Both the position numbers and the translations under genes were made by a program. This document shows, in pieces, positions 39,146-48,029 of a stretch of DNA of 64,000 nucleotides. Source of the stretch: an uncultured Gammaproteobacteria bacterium (GTDB lineage: Bacteria > Patescibacteriota > Patescibacteriia > UBA2591 > UBA6264); assembly GCA_964596735.1 (NCBI GenBank), contig CAZQVF010000002.1:18321-82320 (forward strand), in the 5' to 3' direction. The notes below the pieces were generated by a model. The model was not told the DNA's origin. It was given only the letters and a program-made list of their open reading frames with translations, and did no database searches. Positions within the stretch are counted from its first letter, which is position 1; every line of letters begins with the position of its first letter.

Positions 39146-40540
39146 ATGTATAGACTGCTTAAAACAGCCATTTTTTTATTACCCATAGCCCTAATCATTG
39201 TTTGGCCATTAAATGTTCATGCTCAGGAGCCTGTTTTTGATCCTGAGTATGTTATTTCTGATTATGAGTTGACCAACCATCAAACCATGACCATGAATGA
39301 AATTCAAAGATTTTTAGAAGAAAAAGAAGGGGCTTTGGCTAATTATTCAGCAGTTGACATAGACGGTAAAATGAAAACTGCGGCTGAGATAATTTATCGG
39401 GCTAGTCAAGAGTATGAGATTAATCCTCAACATTTAATTACCCTGTTACAAAGAGAAAAAAGCCTGATTACAAAAAAATCACCCTCTAATGATGATTATA
39501 ATTGGGCGACTGGATTTAGTTGTTATGACTATCGCAGTCCAGTTTCAAGATTTCGTGGTTTTTCACTCCAAGTAGATCGAGCTGCTTGGCGTTTTCGTTA
39601 TTATCTAGAACATCCTTGGCAATTCCAATTTAAAGTAGGAAGTAAAGGAAAAACTCTGGTTGACTGGAATGACAAATGGTTGGTTAATATTCATGGCCGC
39701 TATATTACGGCAAAAAATGCGGCCACCGCCGGCCTTTATAATTATGCTCCTCATGTTTATGATAATTGGCTTTTTTGGACAATTTGGCAAAACTGGTTTG
39801 GTAATGGAGATCAAAAATTTGCTGAGGGCACATTAATAAGAATTGGAGATGAACAAGGGGTCTGGTTAATCCAAAATAGTCAGCGTCGACCTTTTTATTC
39901 AGAAAACGTCTTTTTATTAAGCTATAGATTTAAAAACGTTAAAATAGTTGAAAAAATTGATTTAATAGATTATCCAATTGGGCCAGTCATGACCTTCCCA
40001 AATTACTCTTTGGTTCAATCATCTTTAGGGGAAATGTTTATGTTGGTTAATAACAAGAAAAGGTCTATTTCTGAAAAAATCTTTAAAAACATTGGTTTTC
40101 ACCCAGACGAAATTATTGAGGTCAATGAAAATGATTTAAATACCTATGAAATAGGAGCTCCTATTCTCTCTCCTTATCCTAATGGAGCTCTTTTGCAAGA
40201 CAATGAAACAAAGGCTGTTTATTATGTTAAAGAAAACATTAAATATCCAATTATTGATATAAGCATTTTAAATGCTAATTTTCCTTACAGTCATATTTCC
40301 AAGGTTGATCCTCAAGAGTTAGCTGAATTTGCCATGGGTGATCAAGTTAAATTTAGGGATGGTACTTTAATTAAGACGTTTGACTCCCCGGCTGTTTATG
40401 TTATTAGTCAACAAAAGCGCTTGCCTATTCCTTCAGCTGAAGTTTTTGAAACAATTGGTTATCAATGGAACAGTGTTGTTGAAGTTGACAAATCCTTTTT
40501 AAACATGCATGATTTAGGGGAAGTTTTAAAAATTGATTAA
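39146..40540 (+). CDS. Secreted hypothetical protein. It has a signal peptide and an N-terminal module resembling cell-wall hydrolase or binding N-domains (EYEINPQHLITLLQREKSL). Three C-terminal ~60-aa repeats follow
   Basis: Signal peptide with AQE cleavage region; repeated pattern G.L......VY.I.....R.I.S..VF...GY....V..V. Confidence 0.55.
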   Translation: MYRLLKTAIFLLPIALIIVWPLNVHAQEPVFDPEYVISDYELTNHQTMTMNEIQRFLEEKEGALANYSAVDIDGKMKTAAEIIYRASQEYEINPQHLITLLQREKSLITKKSPSNDDYNWATGFSCYDYRSPVSRFRGFSLQVDRAAWRFRYYLEHPWQFQFKVGSKGKTLVDWNDKWLVNIHGRYITAKNAATAGLYNYAPHVYDNWLFWTIWQNWFGNGDQKFAEGTLIRIGDEQGVWLIQNSQRRPFYSENVFLLSYRFKNVKIVEKIDLIDYPIGPVMTFPNYSLVQSSLGEMFMLVNNKKRSISEKIFKNIGFHPDEIIEVNENDLNTYEIGAPILSPYPNGALLQDNETKAVYYVKENIKYPIIDISILNANFPYSHISKVDPQELAEFAMGDQVKFRDGTLIKTFDSPAVYVISQQKRLPIPSAEVFETIGYQWNSVVEVDKSFLNMHDLGEVLKID

Positions 40541-40549
40541 TTAATAACC

Positions 40550-41344
40550 ATGATTTGTTTTTCTGCCATTGTCCCCCATTCTCCTAAAATCATTCCGACA
40601 ATTAATCAGGAGGACTTAGACAAGGCTCAGAAAACTATTGATGCTTTTAAAAAGCTGTCAAAACAACTTGCTGAAGCCAAACCAGAGAGTTTAGTTATTA
40701 TGTCTTCTCACGCCTCTATTTTAGATGAGGCTTTTTCTTTAAATCTAGCCCAAGAATATGAGGGTAATTTTAAAAGCTTTGGTGATTTAATGACAAAAAT
40801 ACAATTTAAAGGAGATTTGGAATTGAATTACAAGATTAAGGAGAGATTTGAAATAGATTTTCATGATATTCCTTTAACCATGATTACTGAACCAAATCTT
40901 GATTATGGCACTTTTATTCCTCTATATTATTTTTTTCAAGAATACAAAGATTTTTCCATCATCCCTGTCAGTCATTGTTCTTTAGATTATCAACAACATC
41001 TAGACTTTGGCCAAAAATTAAGAGAAGAGCTTACTTTGACTAATAAAAGAGTAGCTGTAATTGCCTCAGCTGGTTTATCAGGTTGTTCAGAAAAAGAAAA
41101 ACCAAAAGATACTTCTATTGGCCAACAATTTGATAAAGAAGTAATTAAATTAATCAAGAATAAAAAAACTGATCAACTCTTAAGAGTTGATCAGGAATTG
41201 ATTGAAAAATCAGGCCAATGCGGTCTCCGTCCCATTCTTATTCTTTTAGGTATTTTAAATAAACAAAATTATCAACCCGAAATCTTGTCGTATGAAACTC
41301 CTTTTAAAGCTGGTTTTTTAGTGGCTAATTTACCTCTTAAATAA
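40550..41344 (+). CDS. Class III extradiol dioxygenase-like protein (LigB/DODA family fold)
   Basis: N-terminal VPHSP and VIMSSHAS segments resemble LigB-family metal-binding strands; low confidence. Confidence 0.45.
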   Translation: MICFSAIVPHSPKIIPTINQEDLDKAQKTIDAFKKLSKQLAEAKPESLVIMSSHASILDEAFSLNLAQEYEGNFKSFGDLMTKIQFKGDLELNYKIKERFEIDFHDIPLTMITEPNLDYGTFIPLYYFFQEYKDFSIIPVSHCSLDYQQHLDFGQKLREELTLTNKRVAVIASAGLSGCSEKEKPKDTSIGQQFDKEVIKLIKNKKTDQLLRVDQELIEKSGQCGLRPILILLGILNKQNYQPEILSYETPFKAGFLVANLPLK

Positions 41345-41367
41345 TTTAATTGGAATAACTAAAACTT

Positions 41368-41919
41368 ATGCCTACATATTTATGGATCATTATTGTCGTC
41401 GTTGTCCTTGTTGGGCTCATTTCTATCTTTAATACTTTGATTCGCTGGCGCAATCGAGTTAAAGAATCTTGGTCAGACATTGATGTTCAATTAAAACGTC
41501 GATACAATTTAATTCCTAACTTAGTTAATACGGTTAAGGGTTATGCGGCTCATGAGAAGCAAGTCTTTATTAATGTCACTGAGGCTCGAACCAAAGCCAT
41601 GGGAGCGGGCACGCCTAATGCCAAGGCTGATGCAGAAAAAGGATTAGCCGGGGCTTTAAAAAGTCTATTTGCCGTGGCCGAAAACTATCCTCAATTACGC
41701 GCCTCAGAAAACTTTCAAAAATTACAAGATGAGCTAACAGATACAGAAAATAAGGTTCAGGCCGCCAGAAGGTTTTATAACGGTAATGTTAGAGATTACA
41801 ATACAAAGCAAGAGGTTTTTCCCACTAATCTGATTGCTAGTCCTCTTGGCTTTAAAAAGGCTGAATTCTTTGAACTAGAAGAAGAGGAAGCAAAAAAAAC
41901 ACCTGAAGTCAAATTTTAA
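41368..41919 (+). CDS. lemA: LemA family membrane protein
   Basis: N-terminal TM followed by the LemA consensus (IRWRNRVKESWSDIDVQLKRRYNLIPNLV ... ENYPQL ... RRFYNGNVRDYN). Confidence 0.85.
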   Translation: MPTYLWIIIVVVVLVGLISIFNTLIRWRNRVKESWSDIDVQLKRRYNLIPNLVNTVKGYAAHEKQVFINVTEARTKAMGAGTPNAKADAEKGLAGALKSLFAVAENYPQLRASENFQKLQDELTDTENKVQAARRFYNGNVRDYNTKQEVFPTNLIASPLGFKKAEFFELEEEEAKKTPEVKF

Positions 41920-41928
41920 GCTAAAATA

Positions 41929-41967
41929 AAAGAAGCTTTGATGTATAATCAGGGCTTCTTTTTTTAT
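41929..41967. terminator. Bidirectional terminator hairpin (AAGAAGC..GCTTCTT plus T7) between lemA and rbcL
   Basis: Hairpin and T-run read directly. Confidence 0.45.
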
Positions 41968-41976
41968 TAAGATGAT

Positions 41977-43245
41977 TTATTTTGTTTTCCAGTGGTCCAA
42001 GGCTTGTTTTAGTTCAATATGGTTATGAGAATAAAACTTTAAAGGAATTCCTTTGGTGGCCGCTTCTACGGCTTGAACAGCGGCTCTGGCTCCGGCCCCA
42101 CTTCCTTGAGGATGTCCGTGCAAACCACCGCCAAAATTAATAACTAGGTTTGTTCCTAAAATTTCAACTAATTTATAGGCTAAGCCGGGATGAAGTCCGC
42201 CTGAAGCAATGGGCAAAACAGGTTTAAGCTTGCCCCAGTTTTCTCTTAGTTTATTAAATCCTCGCCAGTCTTCTTTTAATAATTCATTTACTTGAACAAC
42301 TTCTTTTTCTTCTCCTTCCATTTTTCCCACCACTGTGCCTGTATGAAACTGATCAATACCAGCTAAGCGAGCTAAATTGGCTACGACTAAAAAGGAAATG
42401 CCATGTTTTTTATTTCTAGTAAAAGCAGAATGACCAGCTCTATGCCCGTGAATAATCAAGCCCAAGTCTTGGTTTCTCAAAGACTGGACTCCGGCCCAAC
42501 CAGTAGTAACAATATCAACCATAACACATCTGCCCCCTAATCTTTTAACTAATTTTGCTCTTTGCAGCATTAGCTCTGTTGGCGCGGTCACATTAAATAC
42601 ATAAATCTTTTTTTGTTTTGTTTCTTTTTCTACTTGTTTTTTAAGGGCTAAAACCTTTTTGACCCTGTCTTCAAATTTATTAAAACTCAGGTCGGTTAAA
42701 TTTTCATCATCTTTGATTAAATCAACTCCGTTTTTAAATATTTCTGCGGCTAATTTAGCGTTTTGAGTTGAAGTTAAGCCTATTTTGGGTTTTATAATAC
42801 AGCCAACCAAGGGCCTTCTTTTTATTCCGGTAATCCTTCTTATTCCATTAATCCCCCATTTTGGTCCTGGATATTGGTTAATATATTTTTCAGGAAATTC
42901 AATGTCTTGCAAACGTAAATTCTTAACTAATTTCATGCTAAAAATATTTCCCCCAATGCTAGAAAGAAGCTGAGGAATACTATTTGGTTCAAACAAGGCT
43001 AAGGGGTAAGCAATTTTAAAAATACCTGTTCTGGTGTTAACTGAAAAAACCTTTGCCGCTAATTTATTAAAGACTTTGTCTGATAAGGTTTTTACTTTTG
43101 TCCAGGTGCCAATTGAAGATTCTTCAGCTACTTTTTGGGCTAATTTATTTAAAGATAACTTAGATTCCCCATAATAAGTGACGATAATCTCTTCTTGGGG
43201 TTTTGGCTTATATTTTAGCCTTAAATAGGTTGATTTTTTTTTCAT
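41977..43245 (-). CDS. rbcL: Ribulose-1,5-bisphosphate carboxylase/oxygenase large subunit, form II/III-like (archaeal/CPR type)
   Basis: Carbamylated Lys region GVDLIKDDENL, GCIIKPKIGLT, IIHGHRAGHSAF, FGGGLHGHPQGSGAGARA. 422 aa. No small subunit gene adjacent. Confidence 0.9.
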   Translation of the reverse strand: MKKKSTYLRLKYKPKPQEEIIVTYYGESKLSLNKLAQKVAEESSIGTWTKVKTLSDKVFNKLAAKVFSVNTRTGIFKIAYPLALFEPNSIPQLLSSIGGNIFSMKLVKNLRLQDIEFPEKYINQYPGPKWGINGIRRITGIKRRPLVGCIIKPKIGLTSTQNAKLAAEIFKNGVDLIKDDENLTDLSFNKFEDRVKKVLALKKQVEKETKQKKIYVFNVTAPTELMLQRAKLVKRLGGRCVMVDIVTTGWAGVQSLRNQDLGLIIHGHRAGHSAFTRNKKHGISFLVVANLARLAGIDQFHTGTVVGKMEGEEKEVVQVNELLKEDWRGFNKLRENWGKLKPVLPIASGGLHPGLAYKLVEILGTNLVINFGGGLHGHPQGSGAGARAAVQAVEAATKGIPLKFYSHNHIELKQALDHWKTK

Positions 43246-43246
43246 A

Positions 43247-43717
43247 TTAACTTATTTTTTTAATTATTTTATCAATAATATTGCTAGTGGAAAATATTTT
43301 TTTATTTTTATCTGGAAACTCTTTTAATTCCCAATAGGGCCGATCATATTTTTTCGTCTTTCTTTTTTTAACAATAGCAATTATATCTGGCTTTAAATAC
43401 TCTAAAACAGACAAGGATTCTTCCATAGATCTGGATTTGTCTATGTAGACGTAATCTATATTTTTAATTCCATTAATCACTTCGGCTCTTTGCTTTGCAC
43501 TGTTAATTGGTTTTTTTTCACCTTTTTCTTGTTTCGTTAAAAAACTTGATTGAATAAAAATGATGACAATATCAGCAAATTTTTTAAATTGTCTGATTGA
43601 ATAAATGTGTCCGGGGTGAATAATGTCAAAAACTCCTTTTTTTATTAAAACTTTTTTATTTTGTTTTTGGGCCTGATCTATGATTTGTTTTAATTTCTTT
43701 TTTTTAGAAATAATCAT
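43247..43717 (-). CDS. Cytidylyltransferase-like nucleotidyltransferase (HxGH class) embedded between rbcL and the R15P isomerase
   Basis: GVFDIIHPGHIYSI motif; about 150 aa; second member of this fold in the window. Confidence 0.55.
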   Translation of the reverse strand: MIISKKKKLKQIIDQAQKQNKKVLIKKGVFDIIHPGHIYSIRQFKKFADIVIIFIQSSFLTKQEKGEKKPINSAKQRAEVINGIKNIDYVYIDKSRSMEESLSVLEYLKPDIIAIVKKRKTKKYDRPYWELKEFPDKNKKIFSTSNIIDKIIKKIS

Positions 43718-44673
43718 AAAAACGGATATATCTTTTTCAAATGAGTTTTAATTTGGCTTGGTTTAATAACCCCTGCTTCACAAATAATGCCAGTAATATA
43801 TTTCCTGGGAATACGATCAAAGGCAAAATTAATAATCTTAAGACCTTTAGGCGCATTTGGCCAAAGTTCTTTTGGCGAACGTCTTTCTATTTTAATCCAT
43901 GATTTAGCATAAAATTTTAAAAGCGTGGTCGCAATGTATAAAGGGACTTTTTCTCTATAAGCAATAGATCCAATGCCAAAGCTACCAATTTTATTAATTA
44001 CTGAGCCATCTGGCAAAAGAGCATCCGCTCCCAGAATAATCTTATCCATCATTAAATTTTTACCTGAATGATGGGAAATTAAAAAACCGGCTGAAGAGTC
44101 AGCGACCATGGTTGTTGGAATTTTTGCTTGAAGTAATTTTTTAGAAGTAATTCTGCCCTGGAAAAGAGGTCTTGTTTCTGTGTTATAAACCTTAAATTTC
44201 TTTTTATTCTTTTTTGCTTTAATTAAGATTTGTTCTACTAACCAAGAATGGCAATGAGTTAAAATGTCGTCATCTTTGGTTTTAATTATTTTTCGTCCAT
44301 TTTTAATAGTTAAATCAGCCGCTTTTTTCATCATTTTTAAAAAATCATCGGCTGCCTTTTTTGCTTCATTTTTTGCTTCCACCACGTTTTTCGGTTTGAC
44401 CTGGCTTAATTGGGAAAATATATATTTGACCCCATTTTGAGCCATGGGTTCTGTGGGTCGAGCTGAAAGCAAAAGATCAGCTGCTTTTTTAAAATCTCTT
44501 TTCCAATTACCTACATTTTTAGCTTTAATCCTTAAACTATAGGTTTTTAAGGCCTTGATTGTGGTTCTAGCCACCGCTGTTGCCCCTTGAACCTCTAGTG
44601 ATTTAATGTTTTTAAAGGTTTGCTTTATTGTTTTCATATAATTATATAATAAAGCTTCTCTTATTTTTGTCAA
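43714..44673 (-). CDS. Ribose-1,5-bisphosphate isomerase (eIF-2B alpha/beta/delta-like, e2b2 family)
   Basis: eIF-2B-like fold with LGADALLPDGSVINKIGSFGIGSIA segment; 4-bp overlap with the upstream gene. Confidence 0.75.
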   Translation of the reverse strand: MTKIREALLYNYMKTIKQTFKNIKSLEVQGATAVARTTIKALKTYSLRIKAKNVGNWKRDFKKAADLLLSARPTEPMAQNGVKYIFSQLSQVKPKNVVEAKNEAKKAADDFLKMMKKAADLTIKNGRKIIKTKDDDILTHCHSWLVEQILIKAKKNKKKFKVYNTETRPLFQGRITSKKLLQAKIPTTMVADSSAGFLISHHSGKNLMMDKIILGADALLPDGSVINKIGSFGIGSIAYREKVPLYIATTLLKFYAKSWIKIERRSPKELWPNAPKGLKIINFAFDRIPRKYITGIICEAGVIKPSQIKTHLKKIYPFL

Positions 44674-44719
44674 ATATGGTCAGCATTGCCTAATATGGAT
44701 AATTTGTTAAACTAATAAC

Positions 44720-45178
44720 ATGGTTAAAACAAAGGAAAAAGACAAAAAAAACAAGAAGAAAGAGCAAGAAACAGCAATTCAAACCATTGTTAATCATTAT
44801 TTTCATACCAAGGGTTTGTCTTTAAAAGAGATTAAAGAAAACGCCAAGAAAAGAAAAATAATTTATTCACGCTATACCAGGCCAGCCAAACAATTACTAG
44901 AATTAGCCGGCTCTGTTAAAAAAGCAAAATCAGCTATTAATAAAGTGGCTGACTGGGCTAAGTCAAGAAACCTAGACTATGCCATTGAAACTGTTTTTAA
45001 AAAATGGCTGGAACTGGACAGGTTAAAACCAAAAGAGATTGTTAAAAAGCCGTTTTTTCAAGGCAATCCCATGGTCTGGAGTCAGACAAAAAAGAAATGG
45101 TTTGTCATTGGTGAAGATAGTGAGTGGCGTGAATTTGTTGGTGAAGAATCTGAGATTAAGTGGAAAATTATTAAATAG
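44720..45178 (+). CDS. Hypothetical lysine-rich protein
   Basis: ORF with flanking terminator; no family recognised. Confidence 0.4.
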   Translation: MVKTKEKDKKNKKKEQETAIQTIVNHYFHTKGLSLKEIKENAKKRKIIYSRYTRPAKQLLELAGSVKKAKSAINKVADWAKSRNLDYAIETVFKKWLELDRLKPKEIVKKPFFQGNPMVWSQTKKKWFVIGEDSEWREFVGEESEIKWKIIK

Positions 45179-45195
45179 ATATTTTTTAAAATATA

Positions 45196-45227
45196 AAAGC
45201 CTTTGATTGGTTTCAAGGGCTTTTTTA
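45196..45227. terminator. Imperfect hairpin plus T-run between convergent genes
   Basis: AGCCTTTGA..TCAAGGGCT followed by TTTTTT. Confidence 0.35.
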
Positions 45228-45235
45228 ATACTTCT

Positions 45236-46000
45236 TTATTTTTTTACTTTTTCAAAGTAACGTAAACCATCACTATCTTTTCCGGCTTCAACAAAGTCAT
45301 CAAAAATCACCGGGACAATTGTTTGAGCTTTTTCCAGTAAATCACCAATTACTTTGCGGATTTCCCAATGAGCTGGTTTACCTGTTCTCATAGCAAAAAT
45401 ATGACGCCATTCTCTAAAATTAGCTGAAATTATTATTTGTGATTTAATGCCAATGGGAAGGGCTTGGCGGGCATCCTGAGGCAGCCAGCCAGCTTTTCTT
45501 AAGCCTCGATAAAATCTTTCATATTCAGTAAACATTTCTTTGATAGACATTTTTCTACCATCATCTAGTTCTACCTTTTTATTTTCATCTCGATGCGGAG
45601 GAACCACGCAATTAAGTTGAAATTTATCTAAATCAGGGCCTTGGCCTTTTTTAGCATAATCCACATAACGGGTTGATTCTTGAGAAACCCCGGTTAAACG
45701 GTGTCTTACTTGTTCATGAGTAAAGCCACGGGAAACATTGTTAAACTGAACAACCATGCTGCTGTGCTCCAGCACGCTTTCGTGTCCAAGTTTAATAATC
45801 ATTTTAGCAAATTTTTTAGCCGTCTCTAAAGTAACTTGTTCTTTTTCAGATTGATAACAAGTCCGTCCGGCTTTTTCAATTCTTAATAATTGATTATGTA
45901 ATTCTTTCTCTGGGGTTAAAATGATGAAACTTCCTGCGTCTTTAAGAGTTTTCATTTTATTTTCTTTATCCTTATTAAAATCTTGGCTTAACAATATCAA
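45236..46000 (-). CDS. thyX: FAD-dependent thymidylate synthase ThyX (possible internal start MKTLKDAG)
   Basis: ThyX motif RHRLTGVSQES (RHRx7S) plus the conserved His and Glu region. Confidence 0.85.
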   Translation of the reverse strand: MILLSQDFNKDKENKMKTLKDAGSFIILTPEKELHNQLLRIEKAGRTCYQSEKEQVTLETAKKFAKMIIKLGHESVLEHSSMVVQFNNVSRGFTHEQVRHRLTGVSQESTRYVDYAKKGQGPDLDKFQLNCVVPPHRDENKKVELDDGRKMSIKEMFTEYERFYRGLRKAGWLPQDARQALPIGIKSQIIISANFREWRHIFAMRTGKPAHWEIRKVIGDLLEKAQTIVPVIFDDFVEAGKDSDGLRYFEKVKK

Positions 46001-46023
46001 ATGTCTTAAGTTTTGTCAATAAA

Positions 46024-46055
46024 ACAAAAAAAGGCGAGATTTCTCTCGCCTTTTT
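46024..46055. terminator. Bidirectional terminator (A8 GGCGAGA TTTC TCTCGCC T5)
   Basis: Perfect 7-bp GC-rich stem flanked by A-run and T-run; terminates the minus gene 46059-46556. Confidence 0.6.
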
Positions 46056-46058
46056 GTT

Positions 46059-46556
46059 CTACCCGCCATTCAAGAGCTCACCTACTCTTTCCCCTAGGAA
46101 TCCTCGTCCACTACATTCACAACGGATCAAAGGAATGTTTACTTTAGCAACCATTCGTTCTTTTTCTGGCCATTCACAGGAACAGGCAACAATAGTCACT
46201 AAGGCATTACTTTCTTGTTTTAACATTCTCGCCATATCAATAGCTGAACGAAAAGCATATAAACCAGAGTAGACAATGTATTCTTTAACATCTTTGACAG
46301 GAACCTTACCATTGTAGTAGTCATGGCCTAGGTCGTGCATTACTGATCCGGCTCGCTCATAATCAGTATCTCCTTTTCCTGTATCACAACCTCTGCCATT
46401 ATCATTAGCGCAGACAAAGACTCTCGCTTTAGCAGATTCATGCCAGCCACTGTTATAACCCCTTACTGGGTTATAACTAATGATGACGAAAATCGGCCTT
46501 TTCTTTTTCATGATTACCTCCTTTTCTCTTTTTTGAAACCCTGTTTTAGAATTCAC
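46059..46556 (-). CDS. Hypothetical Cys-rich protein (8 Cys: CANDNGRGC, ACSCEW, RCECSG). The start is probably at MKKKRPIFVI
   Basis: Strong SD (GGAGGTAATC) before the ATG. GC content is visibly higher than the window average. No family recognised. Confidence 0.5.
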   Translation of the reverse strand: MNSKTGFQKREKEVIMKKKRPIFVIISYNPVRGYNSGWHESAKARVFVCANDNGRGCDTGKGDTDYERAGSVMHDLGHDYYNGKVPVKDVKEYIVYSGLYAFRSAIDMARMLKQESNALVTIVACSCEWPEKERMVAKVNIPLIRCECSGRGFLGERVGELLNGG

Positions 46557-46620
46557 AAAACATTTATGAACTCTAGGACAGGGGCAAGCAGAGGAAAGTC
46601 CTTTGCTTGCCTCTTCCTCC

Positions 46621-47742
46621 TTATTTCCCGCACCTCCTTCCTAAGAAACCTATTCCAGCAATGATAATGCAGGATTTTTCCAAGCCAAGCTCAATAATCT
46701 GTTTTATTAGAAAATCATATTCTTGCTTGTTTTTTTCCTGCTTAGAATGTTTTACTGGAATATTCTCTTTTCCTTTGTAGTCCTCAGTCGTTGCCAAGAT
46801 AAGGGCTTGTTGTCTTAATGCCTGAACAAAGGCTGGCAAATCTACTTTTAACTTGTGTTTCCCTAAGATCAAGTTAAAATTTATCTCGCCTGAGTCTTGA
46901 CCCAGAAGAACTTGGTAAAGTTCTTGCAAAACAGGATCATCATCCTTAATGGGCTCAAGCATTTTGAACAACCGCTGTTCATACATTTCCCTTTCTTCAT
47001 CTAAGTCAATTTGCAACAAAGGGGTTGCTTGTTCTGGGGAAAGAATGTCAATTAAAGGAGCGTAAAAGTCATAAGTTGCTTCTTTAACCAGTAAAAAAGC
47101 ATTTGTGCTGGGGAGGGGTAAGACAAACTCGCTATCAATGAGATCACTCACATCTACTAAGTCGTCTCTTTTAACGTCTTGGGCCCTTGTCATCTTAAAC
47201 TGTTTTAGACTTTGCTTATTAGTGCCAAATCTAACAATTTCAATGGCTTCAGCTTCGGATTCTCCTTGTTCTTCATCTTTTTCACTAATTCCCCAAAAGG
47301 CTTGCAGAGAAAGGTGTAAGGGGCTCAAGATCATTATTATCTCTCCAAAGACCCTTGTTTTACCAATCTCTTTATGCTCTTTAATGCATTGGCATTCTCC
47401 TCTTAAACACCGCGAAACATTTGCCGTTCTTTTGCCCGCCATATGAACCACTAAATCATTGTAAACATTTCTCAGTGTCTCTTTTCCAGCATCAGAAATG
47501 GAAATAATTTCCATTGTCGCCTGGTTTTTTCTAACAAAAGCGGCGATATCTTTTCCTTCTTTACCTTTTGAACTAAGCATCAGGTCTAAAAGAAGAACTT
47601 CTGGCTTTATCTGTTTAATTAAAGATAAAGCCTGTTTTACGCTTGTAACTGTCTTTGGTTGAACAGCTTCAAACCCTTGCTTGGCCAGATCTTTAACCAT
47701 CCAGTCCAAGTTTCTGTCGTCAATGATCAATATCTTCATCAT
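46621..47742 (-). CDS. Receiver-domain protein: an N-terminal CheY-like REC domain fused to an uncharacterised ~260-aa Cys-containing domain
   Basis: N-terminus MMKILIIDDRNLD ... EVLLLDLML ... has the REC pattern. The remainder (CLRGECQC ... SCIIIAGIGFLGRRCGK) is unrecognised. SD AGGAGGCAATG. Confidence 0.55.
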   Translation of the reverse strand: MMKILIIDDRNLDWMVKDLAKQGFEAVQPKTVTSVKQALSLIKQIKPEVLLLDLMLSSKGKEGKDIAAFVRKNQATMEIISISDAGKETLRNVYNDLVVHMAGKRTANVSRCLRGECQCIKEHKEIGKTRVFGEIIMILSPLHLSLQAFWGISEKDEEQGESEAEAIEIVRFGTNKQSLKQFKMTRAQDVKRDDLVDVSDLIDSEFVLPLPSTNAFLLVKEATYDFYAPLIDILSPEQATPLLQIDLDEEREMYEQRLFKMLEPIKDDDPVLQELYQVLLGQDSGEINFNLILGKHKLKVDLPAFVQALRQQALILATTEDYKGKENIPVKHSKQEKNKQEYDFLIKQIIELGLEKSCIIIAGIGFLGRRCGK

Positions 47743-48029
47743 TGCCTCCTTTTCTTTTTTTTATGAACAAATAAAAAAACTGATCTCTTGTAATAGAGAG
47801 ACCAGCTTATTTTAGGGTTTGTGCAGATTTATGGCTTAAAAAAGCCAAAAGCAAAACAAAATCAGTCTCTCTATCAGAGAATCAGATTTGTAATCTTGAT
47901 GAGTTTTTCGAAACGCTTGACCAATCATTGTTTTGCAAATTAAAATGTCTATCTGTTAATATAGACGAATCAAATACAAAACTGTCACACTGCTTGGATA
48001 TTTTATTAAAATATGGTAAGATAGTTTAT

